A stretch of 64,000 nucleotides of DNA from Somniosus microcephalus (lineage: Eukaryota), in NCBI GenBank assembly GCA_052327205.1, contig CM126223.1, positions 35,030,001-35,094,000 of the forward strand. The letters run 5' to 3'. The translations under genes and the position numbers were made by a program. Position 1 is the stretch's first letter. Every line of letters begins with the position of its first letter. The notes beneath the pieces were generated by a model, which saw nothing but the letters and a program-made list of their open reading frames with translations, had not been told where the DNA came from and did no database searches. Below, one piece after another: positions 13,183 through 27,077 of the stretch.

Positions 13183-13658
13183 TCTCTGCAGTACCTGTAA
13201 CTGCCCTCTAGCACATGACCATTTTGGGTCCCTCTGCAGAGGAACTGATAACATTCTGAAAGGCTGTGATTCGAGGTCTGATGATTGCAGCCACTCACTA
13301 GTAAGGGTATAGACGACAAAACAGTGAGGTGGTTTTCATAGGACAGCGACAGACAGCTGGATGAACAGGCAGATGCAGCAGCCTGAAACACGAGGCCCGC
13401 TCCCTCCTCTGAGAGGGAATTGTGGGCCTTTACCGCCGCTTCCCCTGGTGACCCTTTGTAACAGAGAGCTAATAAGATTGGCAAGAAAGTTAATCGTAAC
13501 TTGACATCGGCAGAATAAGCTGGGGAATGGGTGTAATTTCGGTTACAACTTCCAGGTTGTGCCCCTACAGGAAATTCCAGACCAAGATATATAAGCCCGA
13601 TTTTGTGAGACTAGCAAAAACTATGCTGGGAATAGCTGGCTGCCATGCCCCAAGTTAG

Positions 13659-16447
13659 CAGGGCTGGGAGCTTAACATACAGGGGTATTCAGTATTTAGG
13701 AAGGATCGACAAAAAAGAAAGGGAGGAGGGGTAGCATTGCTAGTAAAAGAGGGGATAAATGCAATTGAAAGGAAGGATATTAACTCAGTTAATACAGAAT
13801 CTATATGGGTGGAGCTAAGAAATAGCGAGGGGCGAAAAACATTAATAGGAGTGGTATATAGGCCTCCAAATAGTAAAATAGAGGTTAGGGAGGGCATCAC
13901 GAGGGAAATTAGAGAAGCGTGCAATAAGAGCACAGCTGTCATCATAGGTGACTTTAACTTACATATAGATTGGACTAGCCTAATCAGTAAAAATAATGAG
14001 GAGGAGGAATTCCTTGAGTGTTTGAGGGATGGTTATCTGGATCAATATGTCGAGGAACCAACTCGGGAACAGGCTATATTGGACTGGGTACTGTGCAATG
14101 AGAAGGGACTAATCAGTAATCTTGTTGTACGGGGACCCTTGGGTCAGAGCGATCATAACATGATCGATTTCTCACTCGAAATGGAGAGCGAAGAAATTGA
14201 CTCAGAGACTAAGGTCCTGAATTTAAACAAGGGGAATTATGATGCCATGAGACGGGAACTGAGTAGGTCTGATTGGACAACGTTCCTGGGAGGACTGGAG
14301 GTAGATAAACAATGGCAAACATTTAAAGATAGAATGACAAAATTGCAAAAATTGTTTATACCAATCTGGCATAAAAGGAAATCTAAAAAGGTGACTCAAC
14401 CGTGGATAACAGGGGAAATTAGAGACAGCATAAAATCCAAAGATAGGGCGTATAAAATAGCCAAAAAAAGCGCCAGAGCGGAAGATTGGGAACAGTTTAA
14501 GATAGAGCAAAGGAGGGCAAAGGGCATAATCAAGAGGGGCAAAATAGCTTACGAAAACAAGCTGGCGGAAAATATAAAAACTAACTCCAAAAGCTTTTAT
14601 AAGTATATTAAAAGGAAAAGACTGGTGAAAACCAAAGTTGGTCCATTGCAGTCAGATACGGGGGAATATATAATGGGAAATAAGGAAATGGCAGATCAAC
14701 TAAATGCATACTTTGGGTCAGTCTTTACGAAGGAAGACACAAAAAACCTCCCTGGGATATCGGGAAAAATAGGGACATTGGCAAAGGAGGAACTGACGCA
14801 AATCAATATCTCTAAGGATATGGTGTTAAGGAAGCTAAAGGGATTGAAGGTGGACAAATCCCCAGGGCCTGATAACATGCATCCTAGGGTACTGAAGGAG
14901 GTGGCCCTAGAGATAGCGGATGCACTAAGGATGATTTTTCAGAATTCATTAGACTCGGGAACAGTGCCGATGGATTGGAGGGTAGCTAACGTTACCCCAC
15001 TATTCAAAAAGGGGGGTAGGGAAAAAGCAGGTAATTACAGACCTGTAAGCCTTACATCAGTTGTGGGCAAAATGCTGGAGTCCATCATTAAGGATGAAAT
15101 AGCGGAGCACTTAGCAAATGGGGACAGGATAGGACAGAGTCAACATGGATTTACAAAGGGTAAATCGTGCTTGACTAATCTATTGGAATTTTTTGAGGGA
15201 GTAACTGGTAGAATAGATGGGGGAGAGCCAGTAGATGTGGTGTACCTGGACTTCCAAAAGGCCTTCGATAAGGTCCCACATAAAAGATTAGCATGGAAAA
15301 TTGAGGCTCATGGGATAAAGGGGAAAGTTTTGGCGTGGATAGGGAACTGGCTGTCAGATAGAAAACAGAGAGTTGGAATAAACGGCTCATTTTCTGAATG
15401 GCAGGCAGTAACAAGTGGGGTACCACAGGGATCTGTCCTGGGCCCCCAGCTGTTCACAATTTACATTAATGACCTGGATCAGGGAGTCGGATGCAGCATT
15501 TCCAAATTTGCAGACGACACTAAACTAGGAGGGGGGGGTGGGCTCAGAGGAAGAGACCAGGAAGCTCCAGAGCGATTTGGACAGACTGGGCGATTGGGCG
15601 GATAAATGGCAGATGCACTATAATGTGGACAAGTGCGAAGTTATCCACCTTGGGTGCAGGAACGGGAGGGCAAATTATTATTTAAATGGCAATAGATTGG
15701 GAGAGGGGGAAGTACAGAGAGACCTGGGTGTTCTTGTACACCAGTCACTGAAGGCGAGCATGCAGGTGCAACAGGCGGTCAAGAAGGCAAACGGTATGCT
15801 GGCCTTCATAGCAAAAGGGTTAGAATACAGGAACAGGGATACCTTGCTGCAGCTGTACAGGGCACTGGTGAGACCACACCTCGAGTACTGTGTACAGTTT
15901 TGGTCGCCTCATCTGAGGAAGGATGTTCTTGCCATGGAGGGGGTGCAGCGGCGATTCACCAGGCTGATACCAGGAATGGCGGGAATGACCTATGAGGAGA
16001 GACTATGTAGTTTAGGGATGTACACACTGGAGTTTAGAAGATTGAGAGGGGACCTCATAGAAGTGTATAAAATTCTGACAGGTCTAGACAGACTGGATGC
16101 AGAAGGAATGTTTCCCTTGGCGGGTGAGAACAGAACTAGAGGACATAATTTAAGGATAAGGGCTAAACCATTTAGGACAGAGATGAGGGGGAATTTCTTC
16201 ACTCAGAGAGTGGTGAACCTGTGGAACTCATTGCCACAGAGGGCAGTGTACGCCAGCTCATTAAATATATTTAAGAGGGAATTAGATATATTTCTACGGG
16301 CAAAAGGGGTTAAGGGTTACGGAGAGAAGGCGAGGACGGGATACTGAATTAAAGGATCAGCCATGATCTCATCGAATGGCGGAGCAGGCACGAAGGGCCG
16401 AATGGCCTACTCCTGCTCCTATCTTCTATGTATCTATGTATCTATGT
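13659..16447 (+). mobile_element. Young 5'-truncated CR1 LINE with near-intact ORF2
   Basis: The 622-aa and 269-aa ORFs are joined by a single +1 frameshift in the G run at 15531-15538. EN (VYRPP, GDFN, SDHNM) and RT ([14 protein letters not shown]) motifs are present, with a (tatctatg)n tail. Confidence 0.97.
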
Positions 16448-16665
16448 AACTCCCCTGCTCCTCTTCAAATAGTACTATGGGAATATTTATGCCCAGCTCA
16501 GAAAGCACATGGGACCTTGGGAATATTTATGCCCAGCTCAGAAAGCACACGGGACCTTGGTTTAACATGTCAGCCAAGAAAAGGTGCTCAAGTCTCTGGA
16601 GTGGGGCTTGAAGCCAGAATCTACTGACTCAGACATAAAGTGCTACAACTGAGGCAAGGCTGAAG
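16448..16665 (-). mobile_element. Deu-domain SINE fragment with internal short duplication
   Basis: Resembles the SINE at 29590-29960; ggaatatttatgcccagctcagaaagcac occurs twice. Confidence 0.55.
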
Positions 16666-16719
16666 GGGGATACTAAAAGACAACGCAGCTACAGAAAGAG
16701 TGGGAATAGCAGGGTATTA

Positions 16720-19700
16720 TGAATGATACAGCAGCTATATAGTAGCTGGATAGTAGCTGAAGGGGGTAAGGGCTGATTTAACAGCAATAGAAAGGATCGG
16801 TATAGCAAGAAGGAGATAAGGGTGAAATAATATGGATAGAGTAACAATAAGGAGCCAAATTATTAATTGGTAACTGTTATAAACCAGCAGTATAAGGTGG
16901 ACAGGGAGCAATTTGGGCAGATAAGGAGGGCTGTAGAATATTGTAAGATACTAATCACGAGATTTCAACATTCCGCAGGTTAACATAGAAACATAGAAAA
17001 ATAAGAGCAGGAGTAGGCCATTCGGCCCTTCGAGCCTGCTCCGCCATTCAATATCATCATGGCCGATCCTCTATCTCAATACCATATTCTCTAGTTCTCC
17101 CCATACCCCTTGATGCCTTTTGTGTCTAGAAATCTATCTATCTCCTTCTTAAATATATTCAGTGACTTGGCCTCCACAGCCTTCTGTGGTAGAGAATTCC
17201 ACAGGTTCACCACCCTCTGAGTGAAGAAATTTCCCCTCATCTCAGTCCTAAATGTCCTACCCCGTATCCAGAGACTGTGACCCCTCGTTCTAGACCCCCC
17301 AGCCAGGGGAAACATCCTCCCTGCAACCAGTCTGTCTAGCCCTGTCAGAATTTTATACGTTTCCATGAGATCCCCTCTCATTCTTCTAAACTTGAGTGAA
17401 TACAGGCCCAGTCGACCCAATCTCTCCTCATACAACAGTCCTGGCATCCCAGGAATCAGTCTGGTGAACCTTTGCTGCACTCCCTCTATGGCAAGTATAT
17501 CCTTTCTTTGGTAATTTAAATGGATAGATCAGGGACAACCTGTGGGGAGAGGCAGAATACAAATAAATTCACTGGCAGTCCCAGATGGTTTTGTCACACA
17601 ACATGGGTCCAGCTGATCAAGCAGAGGCTGTGCTGGATTTGGTGTTTAGTAATCTACCAGAGCTGGTTACTAACCATACAGAAGGCCCATTATGCCTGTG
17701 CTGGCTCTTTGAATGTTGGTGAGCTCCGGGATCGAGTAAATCTTCTACTTGTAGATTTAATATTGTTGTCGGTGCTAAGGCTCAACACATGGAGGGACAG
17801 GGCTCTGGGAATGCAAATTTTGGAGCTAAAGAAGAGTGGCGGGCAATATCAGTTAACAAAAATAGAACAGTAAGAAATTAGTCCCCGATGCAGCAAGAGG
17901 AATCCAAAAAAGTTTTACAACTGTGTTAATACTAGAAAGGTCAAGGAACATGATGAATTGGGTGAGGCTATTCTAGATGATCCGGATGTGGCAAAGACAC
18001 TGAATGGATTCTTCATATCCGTTTTCACAAAAGAGAACTCGACAATTTCTCATCACGGTCAATGAGGCTAAGTGATCTGTAACAAATAAAGTAGTTCGTA
18101 AGGAATGTGTAATAGAGAAACTGGGCCAATTAAATATCCACAAGGGTCCTGGCCATATAGGATACATCCTAAAATCCTCAAAGAATTAAAGGAGTAAATT
18201 AATGATGGTTCGGTTGATATTTTTCAGAGCTCCATAACTACTGAAGAAATCCCCAAGGATCGTGGTTCCAATATTCATAATGAGTAAAGCACAGACCTAG
18301 TGATTACAGGCCAGTTCGTATTAACATCTGTGGTGGTAAAATTGCTTGACAGTCTTCTGCAGCCTGCAATAAATGAATTTTCAAAGAGCGCAGCTCTTTA
18401 GGCAGCAGTCAACATGGTGTCAGAAGCAATAGGTCACGCCTCACAAGCCTGCGCGCATTCTTTGTAGAAGTAACTAGTCGGCTAGGGAAATCTAATAGAT
18501 GACATTTGTTTGGATTTTCCAAAAAGACATTTGACAACGTTCTTCATGCAAGACTAGTAAGGAAGTTTAAGACTGGTGGAATAGTTGACAGGCTGTCTGG
18601 AAGAATCAAGCATTGGCTTGGGTAACGGAAGTCAGAGGATGATGATCAATGGAAAGCATTTTGCTTCGGAAAAAAAGTAACCATTGACGCTCCACAGGGA
18701 CCACTCTGGAATCCCTCCTATTTACAATATTTTGGAATGATATGGAGCTAAGGTGTCTGTAGTATTTTACATTTTCTCAGTGGCACAAAGCTTTGTGGGC
18801 AGGCAACCAGTAGAAGCGAAATTGATTTTGAGATTTATCAGAGTTATGTAGAGAGACTGAAAAGTGGCAGATGAATTTTAACGTGGTTAAATGTAGGGTA
18901 ATGTATATAGGAAGAGGTAACCGTACATAGCTGTACAGCATGAAAGTATCCTATTTTGAATATTCATTGGCATTTGGGAGTAATCATTGAACAGACTCAA
19001 ACATCTAGTCAGTGTAAGCCAGCTATTAATCAGGCAAATTGTATACTGGGGTAAATCTGAGGGCATTGGATTGCAAGTCAGAATGAGTTGCACTAATGTT
19101 GCACAGATCAGTTCTGAAGTATGGCATGCAGTATGGTTGCCCAACCGCAAAAAGGATATAGATGCATTCGAAAAGTTTTGGAGAATATTGGCCATGATTA
19201 TTTTAGGCAGCAGGAGACTGCGTTATGAAAAAGGACTCGGGTGACGAAACTTATTTTTGCTGGAGAAAAGAATGAAGGGAGATAGGTCCTCTGAATAATG
19301 AAAGGTATAAATAAGGAAGTAAACAGAAGTATTTAACTTGGACAACCAGCATGGGAGGAGAAGACTCAAATCCAAAATTCACTAGCCTCAGGCAAAGTTA
19401 AAAACTAAAAAAAAAAACGTTTTGCCCCACAGAAGAGCGGCTGTAGCAGATTTCCAAATAAGGGAACAGATTCCAGGTCAATTGGCACCTTTACAAAGGA
19501 GCTGAACCAATGTCTGTTGAGAAACAGTCCAGCGGATTATAAAGATATTAAGAGTTTGATTTTTTTTCTAGGGGTAGTAGGAGAAGGAACTTTTAATTCC
19601 ACTCAAAGTAAGGTATTGGCAGGTGAGGTGGGGGGTGGGGTTGGTGGTCAGAATGTGATGTAGAATAATCCTGCATTACCTCTGGATGGAGTGTGTCTGA

Positions 19701-19745
19701 CAGGCTAAGTACCCTTGCCTCATTCTGGATTTTCATCTGTTTGTA
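16720..19745 (+). mobile_element. Ancient, heavily decayed CR1 LINE (interrupted at 16984-17512)
   Basis: Remnants in colinear order: AVLDLVFSN, NGFFISVFTKE, YRPV..TSVVVK, SQHG, KWQMNFNV.KC.VM; many stops and indels. Confidence 0.75.
16984..17512 (-). mobile_element. CR1 LINE 3' fragment
   Basis: ORF 17091-17480 is the ORF2 C-terminus (RMRGDL, RTRGHS, FFTQRVVNLWNSLP); aacataga tail repeats. Confidence 0.93.
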
Positions 19746-21002
19746 TGTGTGTGTACTATATTTAAGTGAATATGCTGCTGTGTTCTCCTCTTATGCTATT
19801 TATGCTAGTGAACTAAAAGGTCTTTTCAGGACCTGCTTTCACTGAAGGCCCACCTTTTCTTGTTGCAGACCTAGGCAATCCTGCCTGTGTGCCAGAGATG
19901 GCCTGTCCTTCTCAGTCTGTGGGGGCCTGCGTGCTTTGAGCGTCTCTTGTCACTTGCCCAGGCGTAGGTATTGGTTAGGGACTGGTCACTTGAGAGTCAC
20001 CCACTCAGTTTGGTTCTTTGCTTTTGCACACAAGCCACTCCTGGAGCCAAGTCCTGACTGTGACTACTCGTGTGTGTGTGTGTGTGTGCAGCGGTCATTG
20101 CCCTCCTGCGGGGCTGCGGAATCCTGTCCTGGTGTGTTTCCAGGTTGTCGAAACCAGCCTTGGATTATAGACCCCAATGACTCAACATCATAACTAGAGC
20201 ATTCCTGAGAGATGCTCTAATGGTGCATGCTATGTGTGCCTGAGGACTCCCTGCAAATGTCACTGCTGTATACTTTCAGAGCAGTCAACCTTTGATCACA
20301 AGAGTTCCCACTTGGGGTGATATGATCCAAGTTCCACCTAGACCAGTTTACATAATTTTATGCTATGAAGCAAGTGATTTATCAGCAGTTCATTCTTGTG
20401 AAGCACCCTTCATTGCATCGATGGCCCCAGTAAAGTCAGAATCGCTCACAAGCAACGGCTGGACCTCCAGCCACTCACGATCAGTGACCCACCCTGAGTT
20501 GCCTCCTCAAACTCACAGTACCCTCCAAAATCTGTGCATCACGGTTGAAATGATGTGGGTGACTGAGGTAAGTATGACCGTCTCGGTATCAATTTCCTCC
20601 TCTTGAGGCTTGCACGATGGCAAAGGATGAGCACTTGGCAATTGCCACGCCTATAATTGTTGCACAGACAGGACATGATGGCCTGGAATCTCTGCAGGGA
20701 CGCGACGGGACGGGACAGCCGCCTGCCCAGCGGTGTGAGCGCTGACGTTGCCGTAGTTTCCAGGATCGGTATGATTGCCACAATTTGAGCGTTCCCCGGG
20801 CACAGCAAACAGTTGTCACTGGGAGCTCACCCGTTTGGATCAGGGCTTTAAATTGTTACCGTGACATCCTTTAGGGCAGAGCTGTGATCCAGAGCAATGT
20901 GTAGGCGTGAACAGGCCCTACTGGGGTAAAATAATGGAGACAAACTTCCTCCTCAGCCAAGGCCAGGATAATACTTAATTTTTACCACTTAAGTTGTTTG
21001 TG

Positions 21003-21378
21003 CCCTACACTGTGTACTGCTGCCTGGTGCTAACTTGAGACTGTGTTGCCCTACATTGTGTACTGCTGCCTGGTGCTAACTTGAGACTGTGTTGCCCTAC
21101 ATTGTGTACTGCTGCCTGGTGCTAACTTGAGACTGTGTTGCCCTACATTGTGTACTGCTGCCTGGTGCTAACTTGAGACTGTGTTGCCTTACATTGTGTA
21201 CTGCTGCCTGGTGCTAACTTGAGACTGTGTTGCCTTACATTGTGTACTGCTGCCTGGTGCTAACTTGAGACTGTGTTGCCTTACATTGTGTACTGCTGCC
21301 TGGTGCTAACTTGAGACTGTGTTGCCTTACATGTGTACTGCTGCCTGGTGCTAACTTGAGACTGTGTTACCTTACATG
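21003..21378. repeat. Minisatellite, 46-bp unit
   Basis: About 8 near-identical copies of ccctacattgtgtactgctgcctggtgctaacttgagactgtgttg. Confidence 0.95.
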
Positions 21379-23204
21379 TGCATGAGGATTTGAATGGAAA
21401 ATTCAGGTCAGGTGTTCAATAATTTGGTTTTCCTCATGTCTGTGAAAGAATTCCCCAGGGCTGTCAATTCTGGATAAACTCGTTGTATCAGCTAGTGCTC
21501 ATGGTCAGGCTGAAAAAACCTTTGACAGACACAGTGGACCCAAGAGTAAAGTGGGCCACAATGGTCCAATATATTATTCTACTTCTGGCCTCACTGCGTA
21601 CTTAATATCCTACCCCTTTATGTTGGGCCCCCTCTGGCCAGTAGCCGCTTTTAATTCAATATATTAACTTTGTTTCATTTTAAGAGAGCCTTTTATTCTG
21701 CATGAGTGTGTGTATATATATGTGCACAAGCACGTGACCACAGTCTCTGAATTCTTCCTTTCTAGTGTAGAGTTCTGGCAGAAAGCAAAACTGGGACCTT
21801 GTGGGACAATACAGTACAGCCGCAGCCTTGTGGATCAAGGTCGTGATAGACAGGATGAGACTCGGTCAGTGTAGGGGTATTTTCAGAGCTGATACGATCA
21901 GCTCAGTGAGTGACACGGATAGTCAGGGTCATCATTCTTGTGCTTTTGTTTGGATGATTTTTTAACCCAGCACATTTGCAATTTGAATAAGTTGAGCTCC
22001 TGATTGTAACCTGACCTGCCCCCACCCTAGTCCCACTGCCTGCTGTTACGTGTAGGGGGAGTGGCTAAAAGCGATGGTTCCAGATCCTCGGCTGAGATAC
22101 AGGGCAGACTGCAAGGGGACAGAGCTTTTCCCACCAGGAGTGCCTCCACGTACGGACACCAATTGGAAATGTCAGCAACCTGGTTCTGTACTCCACTTGA
22201 TTGGAGACAACTCTATAGTAAAATGAAGACAGACGTGGAGAAGGGTAATGATCAGGACATTGGGTTGAAGGATTCCCAGGATCACGGAAAAATAGACAAG
22301 AAGACAGCTATAACTAAGGTGTCAGAAGAAGCTGCAGGGGGTTCCATCCAAACCCACTCACCTGGTAGGTACTGGGATCGGTGGCACAGAGTTCAAGGGT
22401 GGTGTAGACTGAGCATTTGTGGACCTTGTCCACAAGCATTAAGGTTCTAGATTCAGTTTACACATCTACTACTGTGTATTTACTGGGCTTCAAGAAAGAA
22501 GAAGCCTTCCAATCTTGGGATCGGCTCCTAGAGCAGCCCGATAGCACCAGCTGTATCACACAGCATTGCAGCTCAGGAGCCCGGTTCCAGTTCTAGCCCT
22601 TTATTCTGCACACTTGTCTGACCTCTCTAGGTGTGCAGGGAGAGTTCAGGGCTGTCCCTGGTCCAGAGAGAGTGGCGATGAGGGATCCTCATTGGTAAGT
22701 GTGTCCTCCTGCTGGTTAACGTGTGTTGGGATTGGCAATGGAGCAGGAGCCCAGACTTTCATAGACTTCTGTTTGAAATCAGATAACAAATGATTTGCCA
22801 AAAAAATGAACGTGATATTGAAAGGTCGGGTGTAAAGAGACCAAATTGTCCGTTAGTGTTGATTAGGCACCTGTCAGAATCTGGAAACTCGGGCCAAACC
22901 GGGAAAACTTAAAATACAATTCAAAGTATCAGGAAATATTGATTCATACAGGTAAAAAATAGTAAGAGCCCAACAATCAACTGGGCATGAACAGTTTCCT
23001 GAAGCATCCCAAGGGGAATCGGAACTAACGCAGCCAAAGTTCAGTCAGCCTGGAATTTGTGAGAGTTTTGAATTTAGAATTCACCTTGGTAGCTTTGCAA
23101 CTTTCTGGGGCTCTCCTTTGGTGTTATCACAAATAAGTACAAAATCCGTTGGTTTGATTTGTCCAGTATTGCCAGTGTGACTGAGTTTACACTCAATCCA
23201 ATCT

Positions 23205-23382
23205 GTCAGTGTGATGGGGTGTGTGTGTACATATGTGAATTTGATCGTGTATGTGAGAGTGAGTGTGTGTGTGTGTACACATATGAATTTGATTTTGTGT
23301 GTGTGTAGGTGCATCCGTGTGTATGCACGCACGTGTGAATTTGATTGTATATGTGTGTGTGTGTGCACATATGCATGTGTGG
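23205..23382. repeat. (TG)-rich compound microsatellite
   Basis: TG runs separated by a recurring tgaatttgat motif. Confidence 0.85.
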
Positions 23383-25597
23383 GAAGGCCAGTGCACAATG
23401 GGTGTCTGCAGCCCTTCAATCAGTGGTGTGCAGAGAGGTTGGGTGAGCTGCTGTTTAAAGAGCTGAAACCTAAAAGGGGACATGGGCCCGGATTTGAACT
23501 TCCAGCGGGTTTTTGGTGAGAAATAGCGCTGACGTGTTAATTTCCCGCCCGCCTGCGGTAGAATGAAACCCAACCCATTTGAACGGCCAGGTCTCATTAA
23601 AATCCCATTCCGTGCGGGAAGCCGTGGAAAATCACGGAGACTGACAGCAGATAAGTGATGGGATCGGCTACTGGACCGTCCTGCAACTGGGGGGGGGGGG
23701 GGTGCGGGGCGGAGGAGCAAGATCATGGCTGGGGAGGCCTAAGCTTTTAATCCAAATCAAGCACTGCTGCTCCTCCTGGCCCCTCAAGGAAAGCAACAAC
23801 AAAAAACATTTAAAACGTACTTTTTTGGGTCTCTTCTGGCCCCTGAGCCACACCGGCATTGGGTTGACCTGGTGGGAAACTAGTTGCCACATCCCGTTCA
23901 GGCCAATCAAAATTCCAACTGGTTGGTTCCCAGTGGCTTCAGGGCAGGTAAGTAAGTGGGCAGGTTTGTGTCTGTCGGTGTGTTCGGGGCGGGGTTGTTG
24001 CCATGGTAGGTAGCCTGCGGGACTCTCACCAGTGTTTGTGTATAGTGCCGTAAACAGTACCACAGTGTGAATGCCACAGTCTCGTCCCGTACCTCTGCCA
24101 TGAATTTGAAGGATTAAGGTCAAATCTGTAAGAAAAGTGTGTCAACAAACTTTGCACTGCGACTGGACATCACATTTTCTAAATGTGTATCCCGTCACTT
24201 TAATACTGGGACACTGCCCTTTTATTACCAGGACACTGCATGTTCAAAGCATTTGGGAGTGAGAATACAAGTCTGCTTTTGTTTTCTCTTTAGATTTTCA
24301 AAAGGGCCGTTTATTTGACCTAGGTGTGAAGGGTCTGATTTCACAACTGCAAATCGAGCGATTGTTTTGTTGATTAATTATGTTTTGAAATTTATACCCT
24401 CTTGAATTTTGTTTCAATCGAAGTGATAGGTCCCAGTGCTGTCAATAAAACATTTTCCACTTCACACTCAATGTCAGTATCCAGCACTCACTCCCAGGTC
24501 AGATACAGCACTGCTTAGTTACAGAGTGTTGGGAACAGCAGCACAGTGCGCTGATCAGCAGAGGGATCTGGCTGTCATGGTGTGTGTTAAATGGAGCATG
24601 ATCGGCAGTGAGAACTAGGGTTTATAGTGGAGAAATGTGTTGTTGGTGTAGAATGAGGTGCTGCTCAGACTCTGTCTGGAGTATTGTGTACAGTCCTGGT
24701 CACCCAATTATAGGAAGGATATTATTGCCCCGGAGAGAGTGCAGACCAGGCAACACAGATCATTCCAAATCTTGGGAATCCAAGTGATGAGGAAAGGCTA
24801 AAAATATTGGGTTTGTTTTCTTTGGGAAGGAGGAGATTTGAAATGACCTAATTAAAGTTTTCAATTTTACAAAAGGAATTGCCAAATCAATGGCTGTGGT
24901 GATGGGTTCGAATCGCAGGGAACCCAAGTTAAAAATGAGGAAGTCAGGTGCGAGACTGGGCATCGGGGAAACAATCCCACCCAAAGGGTAATCAAATTGT
25001 GAAAGAAGTTCCCAATGCAGGTTCACTCAGACCCCACAGAAAAGACATCATGGCACTGCTTGTCCGGCCGAGAATTCCGGAATCACAGCTGGAGGCTGGG
25101 ACAGGAGTTCATTCCCTAACTTTCGGGAGTCCCGCTATTGGATTCTCGGACTCCAAACTGCAGACAGCCCTGATGATGTTCAGACCATAGGTGCAAGATA
25201 TTTTGAGATCCTGCATCAGTGGCTGTACTTTTTGCAGCACCTGCACCTGCAGTTATCTGACAAGCCAGCCATTGCACCAAGACCCTGTCCGTGGTGCTGG
25301 TACTCGGGATAGTTTGGCCCCGTGTGTCGCTGGCTTTGCCTGCTGACACCTGGTGGCAGAGTATTGGCACTGCATCCACTGTGCATGGAGTTATTATGGC
25401 CCAGAGTTTGCCGGAGTGGGAGATTTTTGTTCCTCACCCTTCAGCTCGGAAAAGTTTTGCGCCACAAGTTGTGGGAAATGTCCAGCAATTTGTGGCAATT
25501 TGCAACTCGTGTATCTCTTCCTAGAGTGTAATTATCAGGGAGCTGAGTTAGGGATTCCTCGAGTATGAATAGTGGGGAGCTGGGTCAGGGATTCCTC

Positions 25598-26690
25598 AAC
25601 AGCAACAAAAACTTGTATTTATGTAGCACCTTTAACGTAGCTTCACAGGAGCGTTATAAAATAAAATTTGACTCCGAGCCACATGAGATATTAGGGTAGA
25701 TGACCAAAAGCTTGGTCAAAGAGGTAGGTTTTAAGGAGGGAAGAGAGGCTTAGGGCCTAGGCAACAGAAGGCAGGGCCACCAATGGTGGAGCAATTAAAA
25801 TCGGAGATGCTCAAGAGGCCAGAATTAGAGGAGCACAGAGATCTGGGAGTGTTGTGGGGCTGGAGGAGATCATAGAAACAGGGAGGAGCGAGGCTGTGGA
25901 GGATTTGAAAACAAGGATGAGAATTTCAAGCAAGGCGTTGCTTAACCAAGACCCAATATAGGTCATTGAGCACAAGGGTGATGGGTGAATGGGACTTGGT
26001 GCGAGTTAGGACACGGGCAGCCCAGTTTTGAATTACCTCAAGTTTACGGAGGGTAGAACGTGGGAAGGCAGCCAGGAGAGTGTTGGAACAGTCAGGAATA
26101 GAGGTAACCAAGGCATGGATGAGGGTTTCAACAGCAGATGAGCTGAGCCACAGGTGGAGATGGGCAATGTTACGGAGGTGGAAATAGGCGGTCTTGGTGA
26201 TGGTGCGGACATGTGGTCGGAAGTTCATCTTGGGGTTAAATACAACACCAAGGCTGCGAACAGTCTGGTTCAGCCTCAGACAGTTACCAGGGAGAGGAAT
26301 GTTGTCAGCCTACATGTGGAATCTGACGCTGTGTTTCAGATGATGTCACCGAAGGGCAGCATGTAGATGAGAAACAAGAGAGGACCAAGGACAGATCCTT
26401 GGGGGATACCAGAGGTAACACTGCGGGAACGGCAAGAGAAGCCATTGCAAGAGATTCTTTGGTTACGATTGGATAGATAAGAATGTAACCAGGCGAGTGC
26501 AGTCCCACCCAGCTGGATGATGGTGGTGAGGTGTTGGAGGAGGATGGAGTGGTCAACCGTGTCAAAGGCTGCAGACCGGTCGAGAAGGACGAAGAGGAAT
26601 AGTTTACCTTTGTCACATAGGATGTCATTTGTGACTTTGATAAGAGCCATTTTGGTACTATGGTGGGACAGAAAACTGAAGCGAGTGTGA
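25598..26690 (-). mobile_element. L2 LINE, truncated RT and 3' end
   Basis: Minus-strand ORFs contain [41 protein letters not shown] and AYFHLRNIA. It is inserted in a short gggattcctc-containing tandem repeat that continues on both sides. Confidence 0.9.
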
Positions 26691-27077
26691 TCATCAGGGA
26701 GGTGGCTGCAGGAATTCCTCGAGTGATTATTAGGGAGCTAGGTCAGGGATTCAGTGAGTGCCAATAGAGGGGGATCTGGGTCAGGGATTCCTCGAGAGCG
26801 AATAGTGGGGAGCGCCTAGTTCTCAGTGGCAAGGATGAGCACTGATAGAAACGAAGTGGTGTGAGTAACATGGTGGTCAAAAGGCAGGGCTTGTGTTACA
26901 GCAGATACTCCACCCACTAAGACTGGTCATACATCAGACCCATCTGATACTGCCCTGGACCTCAGCTGGGTACTTCTGCAAATCCAAGGAAAGTGTCCAG
27001 GATGTTCCCATGTACCTATCCCAGCCTGCTCCCATGCCCTGTCCTCCCAGCCCATTCCCATTCCCTGTCCTCCAAGC

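Noticed and set aside
20539-20819. CpG-rich patch with two overlapping minus-strand ORFs
   Set aside because: No recognisable domain and no convincing splice sites.
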